DNA of 63,386 bases from Conchiformibius sp. Its GTDB lineage: Bacteria; Pseudomonadota; Gammaproteobacteria; Burkholderiales; Neisseriaceae. The DNA lies in contig JAUNOT010000001.1 of the NCBI GenBank assembly GCA_030537065.1, positions 5,255-68,640 on the forward strand. Direction: 5' to 3'. This document shows positions 52,345 through 61,879 of the stretch, piece by piece (position 1 is the first letter of the stretch; each line of letters starts with the position of its first letter). Position numbers and translations under genes: made by a program. A model generated the notes under the pieces. The model was not told the DNA's origin and made no database searches. It saw nothing but the letters and a program-made list of their open reading frames with translations.

Positions 52345-52908
52345 ATGAAAAAAACTTTATTGATCCTGATACTGGCTTCGGCCGCCGCTTCAGTATCCGC
52401 CGCCGAATACCGCATTGACCCGCACCACACCAATGCCCGTTTCGCCATTGACCACTTTGGTGCCAGCACCAATGTCGGCGGTTTTTACGGCTTAAACGGC
52501 GATGTAAGCTTTGACGCAGCCAAAAAAACCGGCAGCATTGATATCCGCATTCCCGTTTCCAGCCTGCAAACCGGTTCAAAGGATTTTACCAAGCACCTGT
52601 TGTCAGCCGATTTGTTCCATGCCGAAAAATATCCGGAAATCCGTTTTGTATCGGATAAATTCCACTTTTCCGGCAACAAATTGAAAGCGGTGGACGGCAA
52701 GCTGACGCTGATGGGCAAAACCCTGCCCGTGCGCCTGAAAGCCGATAAGTTCAACTGCTACGACAGCCCGATTTTGAAAACGCAGGTGTGCGGCGCGGAT
52801 TTGAGCACCAAAATCGACCGCACGCGCTGGGGCATGAATTATCTGACTGATGTGGGCATGAGCAAAACCGTGTCTTTGCAGATTCAGATTGAAGCGGGTA
52901 AAAAATAA
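52345..52908 (+). CDS. YceI family periplasmic protein
   Basis: Signal peptide, YRIDPHH..F.IDHFG, HLLSADLF..YP, IDRTRWG. Confidence 0.92.
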   Translation: MKKTLLILILASAAASVSAAEYRIDPHHTNARFAIDHFGASTNVGGFYGLNGDVSFDAAKKTGSIDIRIPVSSLQTGSKDFTKHLLSADLFHAEKYPEIRFVSDKFHFSGNKLKAVDGKLTLMGKTLPVRLKADKFNCYDSPILKTQVCGADLSTKIDRTRWGMNYLTDVGMSKTVSLQIQIEAGKK

Positions 52909-53090
52909 TACAGTTTCTTATCAGGAAAAACTGGTTTAATTAAAACAGTATTGTTTTCCTGTTTTGAAACGAATTACAATGCAAGCACTTTTTCAGACAG
53001 CCTGAAAAAGTGCTTTGTGTACCTTTGCAGCCGCACACAAATGCGGCTGCTTCTTTTTCACACCCATTCACACATCAAAAGGAAATTATT

Positions 53091-53486
53091 ATGAATACTG
53101 AAACTTACCGTCCGATTGTTTTGTCACTGCTGCGGATTATCGTTGCCTACAACTTCCTGCTGCACGGCACTGCCAAGCTGTTCGGCCTGCCGCATATTGA
53201 AATGTTTGACGGCATGCCCTTGTTCTCGCTGATGGGCGCGGCCGGTATTTTGGAAGTGGTCGGCGGTATTTTGCTGCTGTTGGGCTTGTTTACGCGCATT
53301 ACTTCGTTTGTACTGTCGGGCATGATGGCGGTGGCTTACTTTATGGCGCACGCCTTCCCGCAAGGTAATCTGCTGCTGCCCCTGTTGAACGGCGGCGAAC
53401 CGGCTGTATTGTTCTGTTTTGTATTCTTGTATTTGTCCGTAGCAGGCGGCGGCAGCTTGTCGCTGGATGCCAAGCTGGCCAAATAA
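53091..53486 (+). CDS. DoxX family membrane protein
   Basis: LLRI..HG..K, E..GG..GLFTR, NGGE, G.G..SLD. Confidence 0.92.
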   Translation: MNTETYRPIVLSLLRIIVAYNFLLHGTAKLFGLPHIEMFDGMPLFSLMGAAGILEVVGGILLLLGLFTRITSFVLSGMMAVAYFMAHAFPQGNLLLPLLNGGEPAVLFCFVFLYLSVAGGGSLSLDAKLAK

Positions 53487-53545
53487 CTCTGTTTTGTGTC
53501 TCCGCCAAAAGGCTGCCTGAAAAATTTTCAGGCAGCCTTTTGGTT

Positions 53546-55741
53546 CTACAGCCGCACCACCCCCATTACCCCTTTCACTTCCGCCACCGATGCCAACACG
53601 CGCGGTAAATCGTCCACCTGCTTCACTTCCAGTGTAAAGCGCATCACTGCTTCGCCCGCACGGCTTTGTGTTTGCACGGCGGTGACGTTTAATTTGTGGC
53701 GTGTCAGCGCGTCCGACACATCGCGCAGCAAGCCGGAACGGTCGTGGGCGCGTACCTCAATACCGATGGCAAACACCTGTTCCGCCGCCAAATCCGCCCA
53801 ACCGGCCGCCAACACCTTTTCCGGATGCTGGCGCGACAAATTTTTAAAATCGCTGCAACCGAGCCGGTGGACGGAAATGCCGCGTTCACGGGTGACAAAG
53901 CCGCCAATCGGGTCGGGCGGAGCGGGTTTGCAGCACTTGGCCAAAGTCGTCATCAATCCGCCTTCGCCGTCAATCAACACGCCGTTGCCGCCGCCTGCGC
54001 TTTTGATTTTGGATTTGCGTACAATGCTTTGCGGATTAACGGCCGCAGGCGGCGGCGGTGGCGGCGCAACCAGCGCATTACAGGCTTTTTGTACCGCACG
54101 CGGCGTCAGTTCGCCTTGACCGATGGCGGTGTACACTTCGTCAAGCTGCCTGAAACCCAGTTGCTCGCACAACTGCTGCTGGTTCGGCTTCGGATGGATT
54201 TTTGCCAACACTTTATCAAACTGATTTTTGCCGTCTTCGCGCAGGGTTTCCGCATTTTGGCGGCGGATGTGGGCGCGGATTTTGCTGATGGCGCGGTGGC
54301 TTTTTACCCAGCCTTCATGCAGCCAGTTTACCGACGGTTGTCCTTCTTTGGCGGCGATAATTTCCACGCGCTGGCCGTTTTCCAAAGCGGTGGACAAAGG
54401 CACAATCTGCCCGTCCACTTTCGCGCCGCGGCAACGGTCGCCCAAATCGCTGTGCAGGGCGTAGGCAAAATCAATCGGGGTCGCGCCGGCCGGTAGGGAA
54501 AACACTTTGCCGTGCGGAGTCAGCACATAAATGGTGTCGCTGAACAATTCGGTTTGAAACGCCGCTGCCAAGTCTTCTTTGCCGCTTTCGGCCATGTTTT
54601 CTCGCCAGTCCAGCAGTTGCCGCAACCAAGCAATTTTTTGTTCGTAGGCGCTGTCGCCCTTGCCGCCTTCTTTGTAACGCCAGTGCGCCGCCACGCCGAA
54701 TTCGTTGAATTCGTGCATTTCAAAGGTGCGGATTTGCACTTCAATGCCCTTGTCTTCGGGGCCGACAATCACGGTATGCAGGCTTTTGTAGCCGTTGCCT
54801 TTGGGGTTGGCGATGTAGTCGTCAAACTCGCCCGGAATCGGCTGCCACAGGCTGTGGACAATGCCCAAGGTGCTGTAACACTCGGCCACGCTGTCCACCA
54901 GAATGCGCACGGCGCGGATGTCGTACAGGCCGTCAAAGCCGACTTTTTTCTTCACCATTTTTTTGTAAATGGAATAGATGTGTTTGGGGCGGCCGGCCAC
55001 GTCGTAATGAATGCGGGCTTTGTCCATTTCGCCGCGCAGGATGTTGAGAAAGTTATCAATATAGCGCAGACGTTCTTCACGTTTTTCGTCCAGCAGGGCG
55101 GCGATGCGGCGGTATTCTTCGGGATTGTGGTGGCGGAAGCCGAGGTCTTCGAGCTGCCATTTGAGCTGCCATACACCCAAGCGGTTGGCCAAGGGCGCGA
55201 AAATATCCAGCGTTTCTTTGGCAAGGGCGCGGGTGGCGGGGGAGTCGGGTATTTGGCCGAGGTACTGCATGGTGCGGGTACGCAGGGCGAGTTTAATCAG
55301 GACGACGCGGATGTCGGACACCATTGCCAGCAACATTTTACGCATGGTTTCGGCCTGTTCGGCGCGTTCTTGCGGGGTGGACAGCGCGTCCATGCGGGCA
55401 AAGTGGGTGAGTTTCTGCACTTCGTGGATGCCGCGCACCAAGTTGGCGACGGATGCACCACATTGTTCGCGAATGTCGTTTTCCCAGTTGTTGTGGTAAC
55501 GGGGCAGGTCGGTCAGGATGGTGGCGGCCACGGCATCGGGCAGCAAGTCCATTTCCGCCACCATTTGCGCCGCCGCCAGCAGACGCGGTAGCAGGGGTTC
55601 GCCCGCCCGCCGACCGCGTGCGTCGGCAGGATAATGGCGGTCGGCCAGTTGCAGGGCTGCCTGAAGGGTGCGGCGGCCGCTTTCGGGCAGGGTGTCGGCA
55701 TGGGCGAGGTAGTCGCGGCGCAGGGCGTGAAGGTCGGTCAT
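53546..55741 (-). CDS. relA: (p)ppGpp synthetase RelA
   Basis: Degenerate HD domain, GRPKHIYSI, EFDDYI, EVQIRT, TGS and ACT domains. Confidence 0.93.
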   Translation of the reverse strand: MTDLHALRRDYLAHADTLPESGRRTLQAALQLADRHYPADARGRRAGEPLLPRLLAAAQMVAEMDLLPDAVAATILTDLPRYHNNWENDIREQCGASVANLVRGIHEVQKLTHFARMDALSTPQERAEQAETMRKMLLAMVSDIRVVLIKLALRTRTMQYLGQIPDSPATRALAKETLDIFAPLANRLGVWQLKWQLEDLGFRHHNPEEYRRIAALLDEKREERLRYIDNFLNILRGEMDKARIHYDVAGRPKHIYSIYKKMVKKKVGFDGLYDIRAVRILVDSVAECYSTLGIVHSLWQPIPGEFDDYIANPKGNGYKSLHTVIVGPEDKGIEVQIRTFEMHEFNEFGVAAHWRYKEGGKGDSAYEQKIAWLRQLLDWRENMAESGKEDLAAAFQTELFSDTIYVLTPHGKVFSLPAGATPIDFAYALHSDLGDRCRGAKVDGQIVPLSTALENGQRVEIIAAKEGQPSVNWLHEGWVKSHRAISKIRAHIRRQNAETLREDGKNQFDKVLAKIHPKPNQQQLCEQLGFRQLDEVYTAIGQGELTPRAVQKACNALVAPPPPPPAAVNPQSIVRKSKIKSAGGGNGVLIDGEGGLMTTLAKCCKPAPPDPIGGFVTRERGISVHRLGCSDFKNLSRQHPEKVLAAGWADLAAEQVFAIGIEVRAHDRSGLLRDVSDALTRHKLNVTAVQTQSRAGEAVMRFTLEVKQVDDLPRVLASVAEVKGVMGVVRL

Positions 55742-55823
55742 GGCATTCTCCTGATGGAACGGGGCAATATAGCCGATGCGCGGCATAAAGGGAAGTGCTT
55801 GCTTTTTTTGGGCATTGGTTTTA

Positions 55824-55921
55824 TATAGTTAAAATGCTTTATTTTCTATACGGCGTTGGTATTGTCTTGCCGTACTTGATGGTACGGTCTGAGGCAATGC
55901 CGCCTTGTCTGATTAACTATA
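55824..55921. mobile_element. Correia-like MITE, 98 bp, inverted relative to the 20634 copy, one TIR shortened
   Basis: TATAGTTAA..TTAACTATA ends; core TACGGCGTTGG..CTTGCCGTA..GCCGCCTTGT. Confidence 0.8.
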
Positions 55922-55985
55922 CGGAACGGGCTTTTCAGGCTGCCTGAAAGCGGCCGTTTAAACCCTTCACACCGGAGCAGGACAA

Positions 55986-56549
55986 ATGAATGCTTTTCCC
56001 CAAATGCACAACCGTGTCAGCGAAGCGGAATATTTGGCCTATTGCGCCACGCAGCCTGAAGGCAAGTTTGAACTGATTGACGGCGAAATCGTTGCCATGG
56101 CGGGCGCATCGCTAAACCATAATCTGCTGACCATGAATTTTGCCGCCCTGTTACACGGGCATTTGGCCGACAGCGGCTGTTTTACCTTTGTGAGCGATTG
56201 GAAAGTTCAGGTCGGTTCCAATTATTATTATCCCGATGTGGTGGTGGACTGTCTGCCGCAGGAAGGACGGCCGAAGCTGATTATTGAAGTGTTGTCCGAA
56301 TCTACCCGCCATACCGATTTATCAATAAAACTGGAAGATTATCAGACGATTCCCGACTTGTTGGAATATGTGGCGGTGGAGCAGAACGCGCAATTTATTG
56401 TGGTGTACCGCCGCAAGCAGGCATGGCGCGGGGAAGTGTACCAAAAAGGTGAAGTTTTCTTGGAAAGCATCGGCTTGTCCCTGAGTTTGGAGCAAATTTA
56501 TCACCGTGTGGCGTTTGAGCGGAAAAAGCTGAATCTGCTGCGAAAATAA
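55986..56549 (+). CDS. Uma2 family (PD-(D/E)xK) endonuclease
   Basis: [32 protein letters not shown]. Confidence 0.92.
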   Translation: MNAFPQMHNRVSEAEYLAYCATQPEGKFELIDGEIVAMAGASLNHNLLTMNFAALLHGHLADSGCFTFVSDWKVQVGSNYYYPDVVVDCLPQEGRPKLIIEVLSESTRHTDLSIKLEDYQTIPDLLEYVAVEQNAQFIVVYRRKQAWRGEVYQKGEVFLESIGLSLSLEQIYHRVAFERKKLNLLRK

Positions 56550-56632
56550 ATTCTTCGCGTTTCAGGCTGTCTGAAATGCGGTTTCTTACGCTGTTTACAT
56601 TGGGTAAACGCTGTTTAATAAAGGATAAAATC

Positions 56633-57628
56633 ATGACCATATCCCCCGTCGCCCTGCGCCGTGCCGCCGATGCCACACCGCATCCCACCGCCGCCTACTG
56701 GCGCAAATGCGAGCTGGAAAGCCTGTTTGACCGGCCGTTTTTAGAGCTGGTGTTTCAGGCAGCCGCCGTTCACCGCCAACATTTCAATCCGCAGGCGGTG
56801 CAGTTGTCTACCTTGTTGTCTATCAAAACAGGCGGCTGCCCCGAAGATTGCGAATACTGTCCGCAGTCGGCGCACTACCAAACAGGCGTGGAAAAATCAC
56901 AAATGCTGGACGTTGCCACTATTGTAGAAAAAGCCAAAATCGCCAAAGCGCGCGGTGCGGGACGTTTCTGTATGGGCGCGGCATGGCGCGGGCCGAAACC
57001 GAAAGACGTGGAAACCGTAGCGGAAATTATCCGTGCGGTTAAAGACTTGGGGCTGGAAACCTGCGGCACATTCGGCCTGTTGGAAGACGGCATGGCGGAA
57101 ACCCTGAAAACGGCAGGTTTGGATTATTACAACCACAATTTAGACACCGACCCCGACCGCTACAACGACATTATCCACACCCGCCGCCATGAAGACCGCA
57201 TGGCTACTTTGGGCAAAGTGCGCCGCGCCGGTTTGAAAGTGTGCTGCGGCGGCATTATCGGTATGAACGAAACCCGTGCCGAACGCGCCGGCCTGATTGC
57301 CAGTTTGGCCAATCTTGACCCGCAGCCTGAAAGCGTACCGGTAAACCAGCTGATTAAAATTGCCGGTACGCCTTTGGCCGATGCCGAAGATTTGGACTGG
57401 ACGGAATTTGTCCGCACCATTGCTGTGGCGCGGATTGCCCTGCCCAACAGCTATGTACGTTTGAGCGCGGGGCGCAGCAATATGCCCGAAGCGGTGCAGG
57501 CAATGTGTTTTCTGGCGGGGGCAAACTCCATTTTTTACGGCGACAAACTGCTGACCGCCGACAATCCCGAAGCCGATGCCGATGCGGTTTTGTTAAACAA
57601 ACTCGGCTTGTACCCGCAGACAGCCTGA
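56633..57628 (+). CDS. bioB: Biotin synthase
   Basis: CPEDCEYC radical-SAM motif, YNHNLDT, SVPVN, RLSAGR. Confidence 0.97.
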   Translation: MTISPVALRRAADATPHPTAAYWRKCELESLFDRPFLELVFQAAAVHRQHFNPQAVQLSTLLSIKTGGCPEDCEYCPQSAHYQTGVEKSQMLDVATIVEKAKIAKARGAGRFCMGAAWRGPKPKDVETVAEIIRAVKDLGLETCGTFGLLEDGMAETLKTAGLDYYNHNLDTDPDRYNDIIHTRRHEDRMATLGKVRRAGLKVCCGGIIGMNETRAERAGLIASLANLDPQPESVPVNQLIKIAGTPLADAEDLDWTEFVRTIAVARIALPNSYVRLSAGRSNMPEAVQAMCFLAGANSIFYGDKLLTADNPEADADAVLLNKLGLYPQTA

Positions 57629-57644
57629 AACTTTTTTGGAGAAG

Positions 57645-57962
57645 ATGATGACCGCCACCGCAGATTTGATTGACCTTGTTCCCGATTTGCTTTCCTGCGA
57701 AACCGATTTCAAACCGTACGGCCGCCGCCTGCGTTTTCAAGGGCGCATCCGCACCGTGGCAGCCACCGCAACAGTGTCGCCATTAATGAAATGGATTTCG
57801 GTATTAAGGCCTTGGGTACAAATCCAAAAAAGCGCCAAAGACGGCGCGGACGAAACCGATATTCCCGTGTCCTTCGGCGGCGTAGAATTTATCGTGGGAC
57901 ACTATTTATACAGCGATGAAGACGGTATCGTGGTGTCGCTCAAACCGCTTCAGGCAGCCTGA
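57645..57962 (+). pseudogene. RraA/HMG-aldolase family gene with an internal deletion and compensating frameshifts
   Basis: TADL.D..F.GRIRTV and FGGV.F..G..LYSDEDGIVV in frame; middle RNSVAINEMDFGIKALGTNPKK in a shifted frame; the VLVVDG..GD block is missing. Confidence 0.8.
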
Positions 57963-58033
57963 ACGCTTGTGCGAAGTTTGCCGATGCGTTATGTTCGCAT
58001 TTTGTTGCTTAAATGAACCCGATAGGAGAAATC

Positions 58034-59731
58034 ATGGAAGACCGTACCGAATTTCTGAACACGCTTCAAGAGCAAATCGATATATTGCAAGCTGCCCAAC
58101 CCGCCGATGCCGAATTCGTCATACATCATCAACTAATTGATTTTATTCGGCAGCAAGGACAGCAAACCGGCAAAACCGAATTTGCCGAATTATTGGCGGT
58201 TTTTGTGGAAAGCATGGACTATTTGTATCCCCACAGATTGTCCAACAAAAAATGGATGATGTGTTCCCCTACATACCACGATATTGTGCGCCATTATTTT
58301 TACTATCCCGAAGAACAACAATCGTTCAGGGATATATTGGACGCTATTGACAAGAAATTTCGGGAGCTTGGTAAGAGCTACAATCATTTAAAAAGCCATA
58401 AAATGAAACTTTCTGTCTTCTACAATTATAGTTATGAAAATGATGTTTTTAATCTTTTAAGATTCGTTTTTGAAAGGTATTCGGAAGAAGTCGGTCATTT
58501 GCATACCCTTTGGGCGCAAGCCGACCCGCCCCTGTCCCAAGAACTGCGCTTTACCGCGTTGCGCAAAACCATCACGGTGTATGTTCCTGACGAATACCTG
58601 TGGGCTTCATTTGCCCCGCAGGCGGATGGTGCTTGTCCGCCCAGAAAAGACTGGTTGCATGACGAGCACAATTTCCATGAATTTATCAAATGGTTGGTGT
58701 CTGTCTTTGCCGAAGCAGCCAAACGGCGTACATCAAAATGGTCCGAATGGCACGATTTTAAACCTCGGGGCGCAGCATATAGGCTTGCCGCACTTGTGGC
58801 GGATAAAGACAAACGCTTGTTGCAAGAACCTTTATTCAGCTTGTTGATTCAAAACATTGAAGCCTTGCAAAGTGTTTGCTTGTTTTCAGGTAAGGATCAA
58901 AATGTTCAGTTGGCGAGTATGCTGGTGGGGCAGTTGGAAAAAAACCATCAAAAACGCGGGCTGAATCAGGCGGAATACGATTTAATCAAAACTTATCTTT
59001 TGCCCGATGGCGATGGTTGGGAGCCTTTCCGCAGTTATGAAATGCCGAGCAAAACCTATGCCACTTTGGTTTATAAATTACACCATTTGCTTCGAGAGTT
59101 TGAAGCGCGGCAGGCAGAAGCGGCAGGGGCGGCAAACGAGTATTGGCTGGAAAATCTGACCCACCCCGTTACTGGGGCAATGAGCATTCGTGACGAATGG
59201 AACAACAAGCTTCGCGAAGAAACGTTTTTCTCGGGCGAACAAATCAACCGTCAGTTTCAGCTTTTGACCAATACCGAAAAACTGCTGTGGATTCCGTTTT
59301 GGCGTTTGGTCAATCAGCCGACAGCCGGCAAAAAACCGACCGGCAAATGGCTGAAAAGCGCCGAAGCCGTTTGGCAAAGCGGTGTGAACCATGTGTTTCA
59401 AGACTGTTTTGTCCAATGGGTGGATTGGCTGGTAGAAGAAAACCCGCAGAGTTGGGATACCTACCGCGAAATCGAATGGGGCAATATTTTGCAGTTTGCG
59501 ATGGTGTTTTTGCCGACTGACGACAAAATGGTCATCGATAAAATGGCGTTGTTGGCCAAATTGTTTTACGGCAAAATTTTCAATAAGGGGGCGTTGAGTA
59601 CGGCTTTGGGGAATATGGTGTTGGATCATTTGCGGCTGTCGGGTGAGTATGCCCAACAGAAACTGCGGGCGTTGTATCAGGAAACCCAATATTCCACGGC
59701 AAAAAATGCGATTAAGCGGTGCTTGCTCTAA
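58034..59731 (+). CDS. Hypothetical protein; C-terminus resembles the region that precedes DUF4132 in MolR-like proteins
   Basis: 565-aa ORF after AGGAGA; KKPTGKWLKSA..F..W and LA..Y.KI..GA.S.ALGN..L..L motifs; AT-richer than its neighbours. Confidence 0.7.
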   Translation: MEDRTEFLNTLQEQIDILQAAQPADAEFVIHHQLIDFIRQQGQQTGKTEFAELLAVFVESMDYLYPHRLSNKKWMMCSPTYHDIVRHYFYYPEEQQSFRDILDAIDKKFRELGKSYNHLKSHKMKLSVFYNYSYENDVFNLLRFVFERYSEEVGHLHTLWAQADPPLSQELRFTALRKTITVYVPDEYLWASFAPQADGACPPRKDWLHDEHNFHEFIKWLVSVFAEAAKRRTSKWSEWHDFKPRGAAYRLAALVADKDKRLLQEPLFSLLIQNIEALQSVCLFSGKDQNVQLASMLVGQLEKNHQKRGLNQAEYDLIKTYLLPDGDGWEPFRSYEMPSKTYATLVYKLHHLLREFEARQAEAAGAANEYWLENLTHPVTGAMSIRDEWNNKLREETFFSGEQINRQFQLLTNTEKLLWIPFWRLVNQPTAGKKPTGKWLKSAEAVWQSGVNHVFQDCFVQWVDWLVEENPQSWDTYREIEWGNILQFAMVFLPTDDKMVIDKMALLAKLFYGKIFNKGALSTALGNMVLDHLRLSGEYAQQKLRALYQETQYSTAKNAIKRCLL

Positions 59732-59750
59732 AAATTCAGGCTGCCTGAAA

Positions 59751-59788
59751 AAACGCCCGTTTCTGTTTTCTAACAAAAACGGGCGTTT
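59751..59788. terminator. Bidirectional terminator (rplS / hypothetical gene)
   Basis: AAACGCCCGTTT..AAACGGGCGTTT. Confidence 0.8.
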
Positions 59789-59801
59789 AAATGGATACTG
59801 C

Positions 59802-60170
59802 TTAGCCTTGTTTACGGGCAGGCAATTTTTCTTTAATACGGGCGGCTTTACCGGTCAGGCCACGCAAGTAGTACAACTTGGCACGGCGCACGTCACCGCG
59901 GCGTTTCACTTCAATTTTTTCCACACGGGGCGAGTACAAGGGGAAAGTACGCTCTACGCCTTCGCCGTTGGAAATTTTACGCACGATAAAGCTGCTGTTC
60001 AAACCACGGTTGCGTTTGGCAATTACTACGCCCTCATAGGCTTGCAGACGGGTACGGTTACCCTCTACCACACGCGCCCACACCACTACGGTGTCGCCGG
60101 GGGCGAAAGCGGGGATTTCTTTACCCAAACGGGCAATTTCTTCTTGCTCGAGTTGTTGAATCAGGTTCAT
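59802..60170 (-). CDS. rplS: 50S ribosomal protein L19
   Basis: [26 protein letters not shown]. Confidence 0.99.
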   Translation of the reverse strand: MNLIQQLEQEEIARLGKEIPAFAPGDTVVVWARVVEGNRTRLQAYEGVVIAKRNRGLNSSFIVRKISNGEGVERTFPLYSPRVEKIEVKRRGDVRRAKLYYLRGLTGKAARIKEKLPARKQG

Positions 60171-60195
60171 TGGTTTTTCCTTAAATATAATATGG

Positions 60196-60936
60196 TTACG
60201 CCTGTTCCTTTTGGATTTTATCCAAAAGACGGGCTTCCTGTGGGAGTAAGTCGCGGCCGACCAGCAAATCGGGGCGGCGCGCCAAAGTACGCCGTAACGC
60301 TTGTTCCAAGCGCCATTCGGCAATCGCGGGATGGTTGCCCGAAGTCAGCACTTCCGGCACGCCCATGCCTTGAAATTCGGCGGGACGGGTGTAATGCGGA
60401 CAATCCAGCAGGCCGTCGGCAAACGAATCCTGCTCGGCGGAACGGCTGTCGCCCAACACGCCCGGAATCAGCCGCAAAACGGCATCCATCAACATCATGG
60501 CCGGCAGCTCGCCGCCGGAAACGACAAAATCGCCGATACTGATTTCTTCGTCCACGCAGCTTTGCAGCACACGCTCGTCCACACCTTCATAACGGCCGCA
60601 CAGCAGCACCAGATTGTCGTATTGCGCCAAGCGGCACACATCCGGATGTTTAAGCGGACGACCCTGCGGACTGAGGTAAATCACGCGGCTGCTGTCGCCA
60701 CGGTAGCGGCTTTGGGCAAAACGGACGGCTGCCTGAAGCGGCGGTGCCATCATAATCATGCCGGGGCCGCCGCCAAAAGGACGGTCGTCAATATAACCCA
60801 GCCGGTTGTCGGCAAAACGGCGCGGATTAACTGCCTCAAACTGCCACAAACCCTGTTGCAGGGCGCGGCCGGTTACACCGTGTGCGGTAATGCCGTCAAA
60901 CATTTCCGGAAACAGGGTAATGGCTTGGACAAACAT
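60196..60936 (-). CDS. trmD: tRNA (guanosine(37)-N1)-methyltransferase
   Basis: [32 protein letters not shown]. Confidence 0.98.
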   Translation of the reverse strand: MFVQAITLFPEMFDGITAHGVTGRALQQGLWQFEAVNPRRFADNRLGYIDDRPFGGGPGMIMMAPPLQAAVRFAQSRYRGDSSRVIYLSPQGRPLKHPDVCRLAQYDNLVLLCGRYEGVDERVLQSCVDEEISIGDFVVSGGELPAMMLMDAVLRLIPGVLGDSRSAEQDSFADGLLDCPHYTRPAEFQGMGVPEVLTSGNHPAIAEWRLEQALRRTLARRPDLLVGRDLLPQEARLLDKIQKEQA

Positions 60937-61439
60937 CAGTAATCCGTACCCCAATCGGCGGTAATGCGCTGTTCGGTCAGGGAAACGTCGTCAATATAAT
61001 GGGCGACGAAGGGAATCAGTTTTTGCCCGTAAGCACCTTGCACCACCAAAACGTCGTGTGCGCCGGTCTGCATCAGGTTTTGCACTTTGCCCAATTCTGC
61101 GCCGTCGCGGTTGAACACGCTTAAGCCGACCAAATCGGCCCAGTAGTATTCGTCTTCTTCGGCGGGGGCAAAGGCTTCACGGGGGATTTCAATGGTGTAG
61201 CCGCGCAATAAGGCGGCGGTGTCGCGGTCGTCCACGCCTGCCAGTTTGACTTGCAGTTCGTCGCCGACGGCTTTGCCGCTTTCCACTTGCGCGTTCAAGA
61301 CGTTGCCGTCTTTCTGCAAACGCCATTCGGGATAATCCAGCAGGCTGTCGGTGTATTCGGTATCGGCTTTGACTTTCAGCCAGCCTTTGATGCCGAACGC
61401 ACCTTTGACATAGCCCATGGCAATCCAGTTTTCACTCAT
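60936..61439 (-). CDS. rimM: Ribosome maturation factor RimM
   Basis: [30 protein letters not shown]. Confidence 0.97.
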   Translation of the reverse strand: MSENWIAMGYVKGAFGIKGWLKVKADTEYTDSLLDYPEWRLQKDGNVLNAQVESGKAVGDELQVKLAGVDDRDTAALLRGYTIEIPREAFAPAEEDEYYWADLVGLSVFNRDGAELGKVQNLMQTGAHDVLVVQGAYGQKLIPFVAHYIDDVSLTEQRITADWGTDY

Positions 61440-61442
61440 GAA

Positions 61443-61691
61443 TTAAGCGGCGGCCTGTTGGTTTTTCACCAGTTTGGCAACGGCTTCGCTCAGTTGGGCG
61501 CCTTGGGCAATCCAGTGGTTCAGGCGGTCGTCGTGCAGGCGGACGCGCTCTTGTTTTTCGTTGGCAACGGGGTTGTAGAAGCCCACGCGCTCAATAAAAC
61601 GACCGTCGCGGCGGGCGCGGCTGTCGGCTACGATGATGTTGTAAAAAGGACGTTTTTTGGAGCCGCCACGGGCCAAACGGATAACTACCAT
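61443..61691 (-). CDS. rpsP: 30S ribosomal protein S16
   Basis: [23 protein letters not shown]. Confidence 0.99.
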   Translation of the reverse strand: MVVIRLARGGSKKRPFYNIIVADSRARRDGRFIERVGFYNPVANEKQERVRLHDDRLNHWIAQGAQLSEAVAKLVKNQQAAA

Positions 61692-61879
61692 GTTTTATTC
61701 CTTAGGGAAGTGTATCAATATAGAAAACCGCGCATTTTAGTGGCTTTTTGGCGGTTTGGGCAAGTGTTTTTTCAGGGTTTATCCTTGATTCTTTTTCGGT
61801 TTGAAAGCAGGCGCGGCTGCGGCAAAGGCTTTATAATGGCTACTTTTGCCGTTTTCAGGCTGCCTGAAAGGAGTTTGCC

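Noticed and set aside
55986-56549. Uma2 nuclease as part of a toxin-antitoxin or restriction system
   Set aside because: No adjacent antitoxin or methyltransferase; stand-alone Uma2 genes are common
59643-60542. 299-aa + strand ORF following the orphan gene, as a possible DUF4132 continuation
   Set aside because: It is antisense to rplS/trmD and crosses the terminator
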